Part shown: in pieces, positions 28,407 through 37,996 of the stretch
Layout of the letters: every line of letters begins with the position of its first letter
Position numbering within the stretch: position 1 is the stretch's first letter
Assembly: GCF_013214175.1 (NCBI RefSeq)
Contig: NZ_JABSPA010000001.1
Coordinates: 158,102-222,101, forward strand
Direction: 5' to 3'
Origin: Colwellia sp.
GTDB lineage: Bacteria; Pseudomonadota; Gammaproteobacteria; Enterobacterales; Alteromonadaceae
Length of the DNA: 64,000 nt
The notes under the pieces: generated by a model
What the model saw: only the letters and a program-made list of their open reading frames with translations
What the model was told of the DNA's origin: nothing
Databases searched by the model: none
Program-made: the position numbers and the translations under genes

Positions 28407-29207
28407 TTAATTAGATATTTCTATCAGGTTATATTTTTTTAATGCCGGTATGGCCTGATGCAGCAGCGTTTCAATTTCATCTAATTGGCTGAACTTCTGA
28501 CAAATGATAGCCGCTTTTTTATCGAGTGCTTTGGCACGTTCAGTGACTTCTAACTCTAACCCTTTACTAATGTTTTTTAAGCGTGTATCAAAGGTAGTTA
28601 TTCGTGTTTCACCACCGTAATCACTATTGTCATCGTCTGCTAGAATTGACTGACCAACCACGGCTAATATAGAGCCAATGGATGTTGAAATCATCGCTTC
28701 AATTTCTTGTTCAAATTGACCGGTTAGCATTTCATCATAATCATTTAAGTCTTGTGGGGCGATATAATAGTTATCGGCACTTTGATTGAAACGTGCGCGT
28801 ATCCGCCACTTTAACTCATCAAACTTGGCTTGTACTTTTTGCTGTGAAGCACTATTTTCACCGGTTAAGCCCGCAATCACTTCATTGACTGCTTTTAAAG
28901 CAATATCAACACCTTCAACTGCAATAGAGACTATTTCGGGTACTTGCTGGCGAATCCCAGTACTAAAGCTGCTTAATAATTGTTGCTGTTCAATAGATAA
29001 GCTGACTTCTCTACCACTAATAAAAAGTTGTTCGCTATGGTTAATTTGTACTAGGGTTTTACCTTGCTCGATAATACGGATATGTTTGGGGTCAATAATA
29101 ACCCCAAAATTTAGGTTGATAGAGCATTGCTGGGCATAGGCTTGCTGGTAAAAAGGTAAGCTAACCAAAAGCATAAAACTATATTTTAGCGTTGAGATAT
29201 TTACCAT
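28407..29207 (-). CDS. YggN/DUF2884-like exported protein
   Basis: Signal peptide, AQQCSINLNFGV, IRQQVPEIV pattern, C-terminal LDEIETLLHQAIP. Confidence 0.7.
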   Translation of the reverse strand: MVNISTLKYSFMLLVSLPFYQQAYAQQCSINLNFGVIIDPKHIRIIEQGKTLVQINHSEQLFISGREVSLSIEQQQLLSSFSTGIRQQVPEIVSIAVEGVDIALKAVNEVIAGLTGENSASQQKVQAKFDELKWRIRARFNQSADNYYIAPQDLNDYDEMLTGQFEQEIEAMISTSIGSILAVVGQSILADDDNSDYGGETRITTFDTRLKNISKGLELEVTERAKALDKKAAIICQKFSQLDEIETLLHQAIPALKKYNLIEISN

Positions 29208-29212
29208 AATCG

Positions 29213-30940
29213 TTAAGTATTCACTATCGGGTCAATAAGTATCTTTCTCTCACGATAGATCATTTTACTTGGGCCATATTCTCGGCGGGTTCTATCATTA
29301 AAGTCACCGACAATGAGCTCTACGCCATGATAAAGCTTTTCAGTTGCTTCAATATACACACTGGCCATGTACGCTTGCAAGCTATCTTCAAGGGTGCTTT
29401 TTTCATTGAGCATTTCACCCATTTTATTGGCATGATATTGGTAGGTTGGCACTATTTTGGCTATTAGCTCTGGTTTTGCTTTTTCTTTCGGCAATTTCTT
29501 TAATTTATTTATTGCCGCTTTTAATTCATTGGTTTTATCTGACTCTTCTTTGAGTAATACTTCTACTTGATGAATTTCATCTTTAAATTTCAGTATTTTG
29601 TGCTCAAAATTAACTATGGTATTACTACCAGCGGTAGCACCAATCATCCCCGCGTTTACCGAGCTGCCTGCTTTGGTATAACCGCCAATGAGTTTGCCAT
29701 TGGCTTTGTCATTGGTTCCTATCCATAGACGACCATTAATATCTAAAATACTGTGCAGTAACTGGTTTTCAATACGCACGTCTTGAGTACAGCTGATTTG
29801 TGCGTATTGGGCATATTTAGCATAAATACTGCCTTTAGCATGAATATTTACACTCATAGTAACGTCGGTAATATGAGTTTTTTCAATATCATGTTTTCGG
29901 CCAATAATGCCACCCGAAATAGTAATGTCACCACCTGAATCAAGCGTGGCTGACTCAACAAAACCGCCAACGGTAATATCACCTGAAGCTGTTACTTTCA
30001 TGCCTTCAGTAACATCGCCATCAATAATTACACTGCCAGTAAAATTGATGTTACCAGTAGCCACATTGACGTTTTTTATCTTATATATCTCATCAACTTC
30101 CATGCCATTGTTAATAAGCTTAGGTAGACCAACTTTCTCTGATACTAATATATTGTTGTTTTTCGGACTTATATTAGTCCCTTCACCTGCAACTAGCTCT
30201 ACGTCATTACCTGGCTCTGGTGATAACGGTGTCGCTGTTACCGTGTAACCTTGTATACCTTGTGTTAACGGGACTTTTTTAGCTAAAGGGTCACCAACTT
30301 TTACACAGATAATATCGCCTAGATCGCGCATGTCTACGCTACCATCTTCGCGTTTTTTGGGTTTTAGTATACGAGTTTGTGCACTTTCGACTAATGGCTT
30401 GATGATGGCATCTTTACCGTTGACTGGTACTCTTCCTGAAGCAATTTGCATATCAACTTGATTATTAGGGGCTTCTTTTGCGGCAAGTTGGGCAAGTTGT
30501 ATTAAATGCTCTTTACTAAAGCCTTTTTTTACCCCAGCTTCTTGTGCTGCGGTTAATATTGCTTTTGCCGAAAGATGTTTACCACCTTGAGCACTAGTAA
30601 TTTCAGCCTTGGCGCCCATTTCATCAGATTCTATGGTGATATTAATTTTTGCATCAACACGTTCAAGTACTTGATAACGTATGGTTCTACCGGTTTTTTT
30701 ATCTTGTAAAGGTTTGAGTACATCATTTAACTCAGCCACGGCATTTTTAACATTACCATTATTGAGTCTAAGTTTTTTAAATTCTGAGGCATCAATTAGC
30801 TCTTTGATAGTCAAAGCGGAAATAGTATCTCCGCCTTTAATGGGCTCTAACACTAAATCGATATTATTCTTATTATTACTAATTAAACTGGCTTTGGTCA
30901 TTACGGGGGCTCCCCTAACCGTTAAGTACTGCTGAGCCAA
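29213..30940 (-). CDS. DUF342 / FapA-family protein
   Basis: VDMRDLG.I..V..GD.LA.K.P...G..G.TV, TGNINFTGSV.I.GDV, beta-solenoid repeats and C-terminal coiled coil. Real start may be ATG ~30901. Confidence 0.85.
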   Translation of the reverse strand: MAQQYLTVRGAPVMTKASLISNNKNNIDLVLEPIKGGDTISALTIKELIDASEFKKLRLNNGNVKNAVAELNDVLKPLQDKKTGRTIRYQVLERVDAKINITIESDEMGAKAEITSAQGGKHLSAKAILTAAQEAGVKKGFSKEHLIQLAQLAAKEAPNNQVDMQIASGRVPVNGKDAIIKPLVESAQTRILKPKKREDGSVDMRDLGDIICVKVGDPLAKKVPLTQGIQGYTVTATPLSPEPGNDVELVAGEGTNISPKNNNILVSEKVGLPKLINNGMEVDEIYKIKNVNVATGNINFTGSVIIDGDVTEGMKVTASGDITVGGFVESATLDSGGDITISGGIIGRKHDIEKTHITDVTMSVNIHAKGSIYAKYAQYAQISCTQDVRIENQLLHSILDINGRLWIGTNDKANGKLIGGYTKAGSSVNAGMIGATAGSNTIVNFEHKILKFKDEIHQVEVLLKEESDKTNELKAAINKLKKLPKEKAKPELIAKIVPTYQYHANKMGEMLNEKSTLEDSLQAYMASVYIEATEKLYHGVELIVGDFNDRTRREYGPSKMIYRERKILIDPIVNT

Positions 30941-31020
30941 ATAACGGGTAGATGCTGTGCTTTTATTTTATAATTATCATGTGTGTGTTTGATCGAAAGC
31001 TGGCTTTATCTATAGCAAAC

Positions 31021-31347
31021 CTACATATAATGATTTTGATGGATTTTAATAAAGCTTGTGGTGCCTTCTTTAGAATAATCTATCTTATACTCAATGCCAT
31101 CAAGTGCTTGGACAAATAATAGTGTTTTCTCTTCACCAAATAATTCAGCAGAAGCAATATCAACAATATCTTGGTAAGCTTTTTTGGCAATAGAGCGTTT
31201 TGCAGGCACTTCACCCTTATAAATTCCTATGCCGCGGTGGCTGATAATAACGACAGATTTCTCGCCGTTGACAATAAGTAAATCGAATTTTTTTACTTTG
31301 TGTATTACGGTATTACGGCCGCTGGTTATAAAATTTTTCTCTATCAA
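31021..31347 (-). CDS. Hypothetical protein (108 aa)
   Basis: Clean ORF with AGGAG-like RBS upstream; family not recognised. Confidence 0.65.
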   Translation of the reverse strand: MIEKNFITSGRNTVIHKVKKFDLLIVNGEKSVVIISHRGIGIYKGEVPAKRSIAKKAYQDIVDIASAELFGEEKTLLFVQALDGIEYKIDYSKEGTTSFIKIHQNHYM

Positions 31348-31504
31348 AATAGGCTCCTAGTATTCATTTATTACTTATCTTTGCTATTAGTCCTAATATA
31401 TAAATTTTTACTAAACTAAGCAATGACTAAGCGATTAGTTATTAACTGATAATACTATTCTAGTTGATAACTTTGTGATTGTTTTATCTCTTGTTCTTGG
31501 CACC

Positions 31505-32803
31505 TTATTGCAGTGGAAAGGCTCTTTCTATGACATAGTTTGGTGTTGCCTCTACGTTTAGTAGGTATCGGCGCAGTAAGTCTAAGCCTATTGCCGCGAC
31601 AAATTGTTGAAATTGATGTCTATTATAAGGTAATAACAAACACTGAGTTTTGATATTATCAATACTACCCCAAGCTAACCAAACGGTACCCACAGGTTTA
31701 TTTTCACTGCCGCCATTTGGGCCGGCAATACCCGATACGGCAATGGCAAGATCTGCTTTCGACTTTAACAGTGCGCCTTTTGCCATGGCTATTACCACAG
31801 CTTCACTTACCGCGCCGTCTTGCTCGAAAAGGCTAGCGGGGACATCAAGCATAGCCGTTTTTATTTCGTTACTATAGGTGACATAACCCGCTTCAAAGCA
31901 TAAGGATGAGCCACTGATTTCTGTTAATTTACTGGCTATGAGTCCACCAGTACAAGACTCAGCTGTGGTGACTTTTACCTTATTCTGCTGCAGTTGATTA
32001 AGCAGGTGTTCTGCCAGAGTCTTTGGTTTACCTTGGATTTCAGCGATTAAATGCTCGCCAAGCACCTTGGTCAGTTTCTTTTGCCATAGTGGTTTTAATG
32101 CCAAACCTTGCTTGGTATTTGTGGTTAGCTTGATTTCAAGTAACGGCATTCCGGCACGAAAGCCCAGCTCTATTTCTGCGGGCCAATTGGGCAGTTGCTC
32201 ATTAATGGCTTTTTGCAAACTTGACTCACCTAAGCCAAACACCTGCAAGCGAGTAACATCTGTAGTTAAATTACTGGGTAAGTATTCAGCAATAGCTGGC
32301 ATTATTTGTTCTCTCAGCATGTTTTTTAGTTCATGAGGCACGCCGGGGGTACAGTAAATATCACACTCTTTATAACGCACGGAAAACCCCACGGCGCTGC
32401 CACTTCTATTGGCGATTATTTGGCAACCAGCAGGCAGTATCGCTTGTTTTAAGTTAGGGGCATTTAATTCAGTACCACGTTGTTGACACCAAAGGGTTAA
32501 ATGAGCAAGCGCTTGTGGGTGCTGACTTAACTCTTCCCCGATAGCAAGACTTAACGCTTGGGCGGTTAAGTCATCCACCGTAGGACCTAGGCCACCATTG
32601 ATGATTAAGATGTCGCTAGTACTTGCCATGTAGGTGATTTCACTGACAAGGAGTGCTAAATCATCAGCGATGGTTACCTTACGATTAATTTCAAGACCAA
32701 GTTCCTTTAACACTTGCGCCATCATGGCAGAGTTACTGTCGACAATGTCTCCAGTCATCAACTCATTACCGGTTAATAATAACTGTACTTTCGGGGCTGA
32801 CAT
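31505..32803 (-). CDS. cinA: CinA-like protein (MoCF domain + NMN deamidase PncC domain)
   Basis: TGNELMTG..VDSN, GGLGPTVDDLT, TPGVPHE, TAESCTGG, SGIAGP.GG...KPVGTV. Confidence 0.92.
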   Translation of the reverse strand: MSAPKVQLLLTGNELMTGDIVDSNSAMMAQVLKELGLEINRKVTIADDLALLVSEITYMASTSDILIINGGLGPTVDDLTAQALSLAIGEELSQHPQALAHLTLWCQQRGTELNAPNLKQAILPAGCQIIANRSGSAVGFSVRYKECDIYCTPGVPHELKNMLREQIMPAIAEYLPSNLTTDVTRLQVFGLGESSLQKAINEQLPNWPAEIELGFRAGMPLLEIKLTTNTKQGLALKPLWQKKLTKVLGEHLIAEIQGKPKTLAEHLLNQLQQNKVKVTTAESCTGGLIASKLTEISGSSLCFEAGYVTYSNEIKTAMLDVPASLFEQDGAVSEAVVIAMAKGALLKSKADLAIAVSGIAGPNGGSENKPVGTVWLAWGSIDNIKTQCLLLPYNRHQFQQFVAAIGLDLLRRYLLNVEATPNYVIERAFPLQ

Positions 32804-32915
32804 CTATCGCTTTCCTAACTGTAATTATTTGTCGATAAATTTAAACCTTTTTATCTCAACTTACATCTAATTTTTTTGTGAAGTCAAAAACAATATAAAA
32901 TAGAGGGAATAATTC

Positions 32916-33692
32916 ATGAGTAATAAAATTAACAACTGTTTAAAGCGTTTAGTGCTTTGTACCGCGCTTATTTTGCCTAGTTTGCAAGTATCAGCACAAG
33001 TGATTGAGGAAGTTGAACAGTCTTTTTCGGTATCAGGCCAAAGTGGTTTTAGCTTAAATAATATTAATGGCACTGTGACCATCAATAGTTGGCAGGAAAA
33101 TAGCGTAAAAGTACTGGCAAAAATTAGCGCACAAACACAAGAGTCTCGTGATGACGTGACTATTAAAATGACTCAGTTAGGTCCGAAAGTAACGGTTAGT
33201 ACAGACTATAAAGAAAAGGGTTACCGTCAACATAAACAGGCGGCTAAAGTAGATTACCAAGTATGGTTACCAGCGGAGACTAATTTAACTGATATTGAAC
33301 TTATTAACGGTAGTTTAGTGATTAAAAATATAAGCGGAGAAGTAGCGGCGCGAGTGGTTAATGGTTCAATCAATGCGACTGGTTTACGCGGTGACAGTGA
33401 AGTAAGCTCAGTTAATGGCAGCGTAAATGTTTGGTATCACCAAGATGCACATGGCATTGAAAAGATAGCCGTTGAAACTGTTAACGGCAGTATAAAATTG
33501 TACCTTCCTGAAAATATCAATGCTGACATTACGGCTGATACTATGCATGGCAGTATTAACACTACTTTTGGCTTAACAGCTAACAAGAATGGTTTTTTGG
33601 GTGTTAACCTACGCGGAAAAATTGGCAACGGCGGAGGTCAAATTAATTTAGACAGCGTTAATGGCAGTATTGAGCTGTTAAAAAGTGAATAG
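32916..33692 (+). CDS. DUF4097-like beta-strand-repeat exported protein
   Basis: Signal peptide and repeated (T/S)VNGS(I/V) units. Confidence 0.8.
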   Translation: MSNKINNCLKRLVLCTALILPSLQVSAQVIEEVEQSFSVSGQSGFSLNNINGTVTINSWQENSVKVLAKISAQTQESRDDVTIKMTQLGPKVTVSTDYKEKGYRQHKQAAKVDYQVWLPAETNLTDIELINGSLVIKNISGEVAARVVNGSINATGLRGDSEVSSVNGSVNVWYHQDAHGIEKIAVETVNGSIKLYLPENINADITADTMHGSINTTFGLTANKNGFLGVNLRGKIGNGGGQINLDSVNGSIELLKSE

Positions 33693-33879
33693 CTGTCTGT
33701 TCCTAGTTAGTTAGCAATGCATTATCGTCATTAGTGCATAAAAATAGAAATTTTTTGATATTGGCACTTTTTACCTAAATATAACCATAAGTTTGTTGAT
33801 TCAAGCTTATGGTTTTTTTATGATTAACTAATAACTTAAAGTTCTAGTTCCACATGGCAAAATTTGAGGAAAACACATA

Positions 33880-34269
33880 GTGAGTAAAAAGACTTATCCC
33901 CGGGCGTTACTTTTTGGTCGTTGGTATCGAAATGATATTGATGAGCAAGGTAATGAAACCGTTGAATATGCTCAGCTTAGCAGTGATGGCAGCTTTGAAT
34001 TTACCTTTATAACCCTTGATGAAAAGGGTGAGGTTATTGATGAAATTACCGAGCTGGGTGATTGGGGATTAGTGGCAGATATTCACTTTACCTTAACAAA
34101 AAACGAACTAATTAATGAAGAGCTCTACTCAGCAGATTTAAATAATGATGATAATTATCAAGCGTATAAGGTGCTAGGGTTGGACCATAAAACATTTCAT
34201 TACCAACATATATTAACCAATGAAGAATATATTATGAGACGGGTTGTTGATAACCTCGGTCATTGTTAG
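33880..34269 (+). CDS. Hypothetical protein (129 aa, beta-rich)
   Basis: Acidic ORF with LFGRWY and GDWG patterns, possibly lipocalin-like; family not certain. Confidence 0.65.
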   Translation: MSKKTYPRALLFGRWYRNDIDEQGNETVEYAQLSSDGSFEFTFITLDEKGEVIDEITELGDWGLVADIHFTLTKNELINEELYSADLNNDDNYQAYKVLGLDHKTFHYQHILTNEEYIMRRVVDNLGHC

Positions 34270-34332
34270 AATAATGGACAAGAATTTACTGATTTACCTA
34301 AATTAAAATCAAATAAGAATTAGAGATAGTTA

Positions 34333-35253
34333 ATGAAGCGATTAAAAGCAGCAAGTTTAATTACCGCAATAAAAACTCCTTACACTGAAAAAGGAGAAGT
34401 TTGTTTAAAAAGTTACGATTTCTTGATAAAAGAGCAAATCGCTGCTGGTGTTGATGGCATTGTCGTCGGTGGAACTACCGGTGAAGGGCATCTACTTAGC
34501 TGGGAAGAGCATTTAATGCTAATTGCTCATTGTGTACATAATTTTGGTGATAAATTAATTATTGTTGGTAATACTGGCAGTAATAATACCCGCGAAGCCA
34601 TAAAAGCTACCGAATATGGTTTTGCTATAGGGATGGATGCCGCATTACAAATTAACCCGTATTATGGCCGTACTTCTCTTAAAGGCGTAATCGAACATTT
34701 TAAAAAAGTACTCGATATTGGTCCAGCCTTTATTTATAACGTGCCAGGTAGAACGGGACAAGATTTAACGCCAGAATTCATTGAGCCTTTATCAACACAT
34801 AAAAACTTTATTGGCGTAAAAGAGTGTGCTGGTAACGATCGTATTGCCTATTATGAAAAACAAGGCATTGCTTGTTGGTCAGGTAATGATGATGAAAGTT
34901 ATGCCAGTCGTCATGAATATGGCTCCCATGGCGTGATTTCTGTAACTTCAAATATTATCCCTGGCATTATGCGCCAGCTAATGGATAAAGAGAACTTAAC
35001 GCAAACCACAGTACTTAATGACGAAGTACAAGATTTAATGAAGTGGCTATTTTGTGAGCCTAACCCGATTGCAATCAATAGCGCGTTAATGATGACAGAT
35101 GCGGTGCCTAAAAATATTCGTCTACCGTATCAAGCACTAACACTAGAGCAACGTCAGCAGGGCCTAGATATTTTAAAAACCATTGCCACTAAAGACTTAG
35201 TTGGTGATAGTTTATCGCTACTTGCAGATGACGACTTTAATTATTGTATTTAA
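34333..35253 (+). CDS. dapA: 4-hydroxy-tetrahydrodipicolinate synthase (plant-type sequence)
   Basis: GGTTGEG, NPYY, IYNVPGRTG, GVKEC (Schiff-base Lys), WLFCEPNPI. Confidence 0.9.
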   Translation: MKRLKAASLITAIKTPYTEKGEVCLKSYDFLIKEQIAAGVDGIVVGGTTGEGHLLSWEEHLMLIAHCVHNFGDKLIIVGNTGSNNTREAIKATEYGFAIGMDAALQINPYYGRTSLKGVIEHFKKVLDIGPAFIYNVPGRTGQDLTPEFIEPLSTHKNFIGVKECAGNDRIAYYEKQGIACWSGNDDESYASRHEYGSHGVISVTSNIIPGIMRQLMDKENLTQTTVLNDEVQDLMKWLFCEPNPIAINSALMMTDAVPKNIRLPYQALTLEQRQQGLDILKTIATKDLVGDSLSLLADDDFNYCI

Positions 35254-35363
35254 AATCTGCATCTAATAGCTGCATTTAAGCGCTGTATATAGAAGTTATG
35301 TGCTGGTAAACAGTTTTCAGCGCGAGACAAGCTATAAATTTAAAGCCTCAGTTCTAACGTATG

Positions 35364-36362
35364 TTACAACTGGGGCTTTAATGTTTCTGGCAATTCAAAA
35401 AGTAGTTCTTTTTCTATAGGTGGCTTATCACTTGCTGGCGTCAGCTCAATTGAAAGTGGGCAAATGAAACGCAAGCTCACTGCGCACAGTTGTAAATTAC
35501 ATGGCTCATTCTCATCTGCTATGCCATGCAATCTATCACCTACCACTGGTAGTCCAATAGTGGCGGCATGTATGCGTATTTGATGCTTTCGGCCACTGTC
35601 TATTTTGACTTTTATTAATGAACGCTTGCTAACACTGTCATAAGCCAAGCAAGTAAAAGTACTGCGGGCACTCTTGCCATCAATGTCACTGTTAATAACC
35701 TCTGGTTGTGGTCTTGCACTGTGATCGCCATGGACAATGATGTGGTAATGCTTTTCTAGTTGATGATGCTCAAACATATTCGATAATGCTCGTGCCGCCT
35801 TTTTACTGTGCGCTATAAGGATCAAGCCAGTCGCCGCTCTATCTAATCGATGGACAATAAAAGCAGGGCGTTCATCTGGTAAATTTTGCTGAGCAAAGCG
35901 AGCAATGGTGCAATGATCACTCCATTTAGAGCCCTGTGACAACATACCGTAGGGTTTATACCAGACGCTGTAATCAACTAAGTCTGCAATCAACTGAGCT
36001 TGTGGGACAGGTGTGCCGAGCACTTCACTATTGTAATAAAAATGCAGTTCATCACCAGGGAGTAATTGCTTTTTTACTCGACGTAAGCGTTGGGTTTGTT
36101 TTATATTTTTTGCTGGCGTTAACCATAAGGCACCTTTACTAATTGCCTGCTTTAACTCTGCCTTGGACAGTGCTATGCCTTGATCTATCGCATAGTTCTC
36201 AAGTAAGGTAATCGCTGTACCACTTTGCTGTTCACTCGCTTTAATATGCCATTCAAACTTGTGATATTTGAATTGAGCGCTTTGAGAGTTTTGACTGCTT
36301 TGATTATTAGACTCAAGTGAAGAGTCGGCGGACGGTATTGGCATAATTTTAATGTACAACAA
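35364..36362 (-). CDS. RluA-family RNA pseudouridine synthase
   Basis: VWYKPYG, HRLDRAATG (catalytic Asp), SGRKHQIRIH, PVVGDRL, LQLCA. True start probably the downstream MPIP ATG. Confidence 0.9.
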   Translation of the reverse strand: MLYIKIMPIPSADSSLESNNQSSQNSQSAQFKYHKFEWHIKASEQQSGTAITLLENYAIDQGIALSKAELKQAISKGALWLTPAKNIKQTQRLRRVKKQLLPGDELHFYYNSEVLGTPVPQAQLIADLVDYSVWYKPYGMLSQGSKWSDHCTIARFAQQNLPDERPAFIVHRLDRAATGLILIAHSKKAARALSNMFEHHQLEKHYHIIVHGDHSARPQPEVINSDIDGKSARSTFTCLAYDSVSKRSLIKVKIDSGRKHQIRIHAATIGLPVVGDRLHGIADENEPCNLQLCAVSLRFICPLSIELTPASDKPPIEKELLFELPETLKPQL

Positions 36363-36439
36363 GGCTGGTATGTTTATTTTACTAGGTTTATGGTCTGTGC
36401 AAAGCTAAAATAAGCCATTGATAATAATAATCTGCAAAA

Positions 36440-36799
36440 TTGCAGCAAATGAGTACTAATATGAGCCGTGATCTAACACTTTTCCCTGAAGATGAAATAG
36501 GCAACACCCTTTGGCAGATGAGCCAAGATGGTGATGACCTTAACAGCGAACGTGAAATTGAATTTTCAATGCTATTTCCTAGTCAAGAGTTAGCGCTTAA
36601 GTTTGGTCAGATATTATTAGAAAACAACCAAAAACTTTCATTTACCCCCAATGAAGCGAATGAAGATTTACCATGGGAAATTACTGCTTATCCGTATATG
36701 CCGGCAACTTATGAAAATATAACAAGTTATCAGGAGTTACTCGTTGCAGGTGCTGAACCTTTAAAAGGACAGTTTGCTGGTGTTTATTTTATCGCTTAA
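36440..36799 (+). CDS. RraB-like (RNase E regulator) domain protein
   Basis: TLWQMSQDGDDLNSEREIEF..LF pattern; acidic, ~115 aa. Confidence 0.7.
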   Translation: MQQMSTNMSRDLTLFPEDEIGNTLWQMSQDGDDLNSEREIEFSMLFPSQELALKFGQILLENNQKLSFTPNEANEDLPWEITAYPYMPATYENITSYQELLVAGAEPLKGQFAGVYFIA

Positions 36800-36856
36800 C
36801 TAGTTACTTGTTATAAGTGTACCCTTGGTTTTATTATTAGTGAGTTTTTCAAGTAT

Positions 36857-37072
36857 ATGAACATAGATCTTAAACAGTTTTCAGCGTTACAAAAAGCCAG
36901 TAAAGACTCTTTTTTTGAGCAAAAGAAATTACTTAAACAAGTAATGTTAGGTAAAACCGTACTCTGTAAAGTATGTAAACAACCACTTAAACTTCATACC
37001 CCTGAGCAAGCTGGCCCAACGGGCGTACGCTGTGTAAAAGGCTGTACTGATATATCGTTAGATTTTGTTTAA
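36857..37072 (+). CDS. Small Cys-containing hypothetical protein (possible zinc ribbon)
   Basis: CKVC...CVKGC; 71 aa. Confidence 0.7.
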   Translation: MNIDLKQFSALQKASKDSFFEQKKLLKQVMLGKTVLCKVCKQPLKLHTPEQAGPTGVRCVKGCTDISLDFV

Positions 37073-37156
37073 TTAACTTACAAAAGTTAACGTTGAGAAG
37101 TTCAACTATTTTAAATATTACTCTGTATTAATTGAAGTATGACTACGAACAAAATG

Positions 37157-37741
37157 CTAAAAGCGAAATCCAAAGTTAATGCCGTAAACATTGCCAGACT
37201 TGTGTGAGTCACTGGTATCGTAATAACGTCGAATATAAGGTGTTATTTGTATGTTTATAATGTTTAATTCAATACCCATTTCAGGATAAACAGCAAGTAC
37301 AGGCTCATCTTTACAGCCCTCAAATTCTTCTTCGTGACTGGTACAGTGTTGTGTTTTCCCAATAAAAAAACCTACACCGAGATATGGGTTTATTACCTGT
37401 CCGGTATGCACAAAGGCAAAGCCTGAAAAACCAAGGTAAAGCTCATTACTTTCATACTCGGTTGTAGTTGTATAGCCTTGAGGGTAAAAATGACCATCAG
37501 CAGAAAAGTAACTCGTTGTTTCAGCTGTTTTAGTGTTATTACCACCAGAATACAAAGTGCCACTTAGTCTCCCGCCAAACATATGTCCTTTTAAAGATAC
37601 CGATATTTCGGCACCAGAACGATCCCCTTCAGGTTCATTGAACGCACCAATAGAGAAAACAGCCTCATTTTGGTTGGCTTGAGATATAGTCGAAAAAGCG
37701 AATAAAGCCGTTAATAAATATAATTTAACTGAGTAATGCAT
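37157..37741 (-). CDS. Putative outer-membrane beta-barrel protein
   Basis: Signal peptide, INPYLGVG, C-terminal YGINFGFRF. Confidence 0.7.
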   Translation of the reverse strand: MHYSVKLYLLTALFAFSTISQANQNEAVFSIGAFNEPEGDRSGAEISVSLKGHMFGGRLSGTLYSGGNNTKTAETTSYFSADGHFYPQGYTTTTEYESNELYLGFSGFAFVHTGQVINPYLGVGFFIGKTQHCTSHEEEFEGCKDEPVLAVYPEMGIELNIINIQITPYIRRYYDTSDSHKSGNVYGINFGFRF

Positions 37742-37845
37742 AATTCCATTTCCGCATAGGTAAAATCGCTCAAAAAAGCGACTGTTTATTGTTGTGGGTT
37801 ACTTTAATTGATCGTATTCTCGTTTAAGTCATTGAATTATGCAAT

Positions 37846-37883
37846 AAAAAACCGGTAAATCTCTTAACAGAAATTTACCGGTT
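37846..37883 (-). terminator. Intrinsic terminator downstream of purL
   Basis: Minus strand AACCGGTAAAT...ATTTACCGGTTTTTT. Confidence 0.7.
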
Positions 37884-37906
37884 CTATTTGATTGTTTATT
37901 TTGCAG

Positions 37907-37988
37907 TTAGCTGTTCAAGGTTCAAAGAAGAAACACGGAGTTGACGTTAGTCAATGAGTATTTCTGATGAATAACCTTGGACAACTAG
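37907..37988. repeat. ~80-bp nested palindromic unit
   Basis: TAGCTGTTCAAGGTT ... AACCTTGGACAACTA outer arms with inner GAGTTGAC-GTTA-GTCAATGAG. Confidence 0.55.
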
Positions 37989-37996
37989 CAATAAAA

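Noticed and set aside
34270-34332. Lysine riboswitch upstream of dapA
   Set aside because: The intergenic gap is only ~63 bp, far too short.
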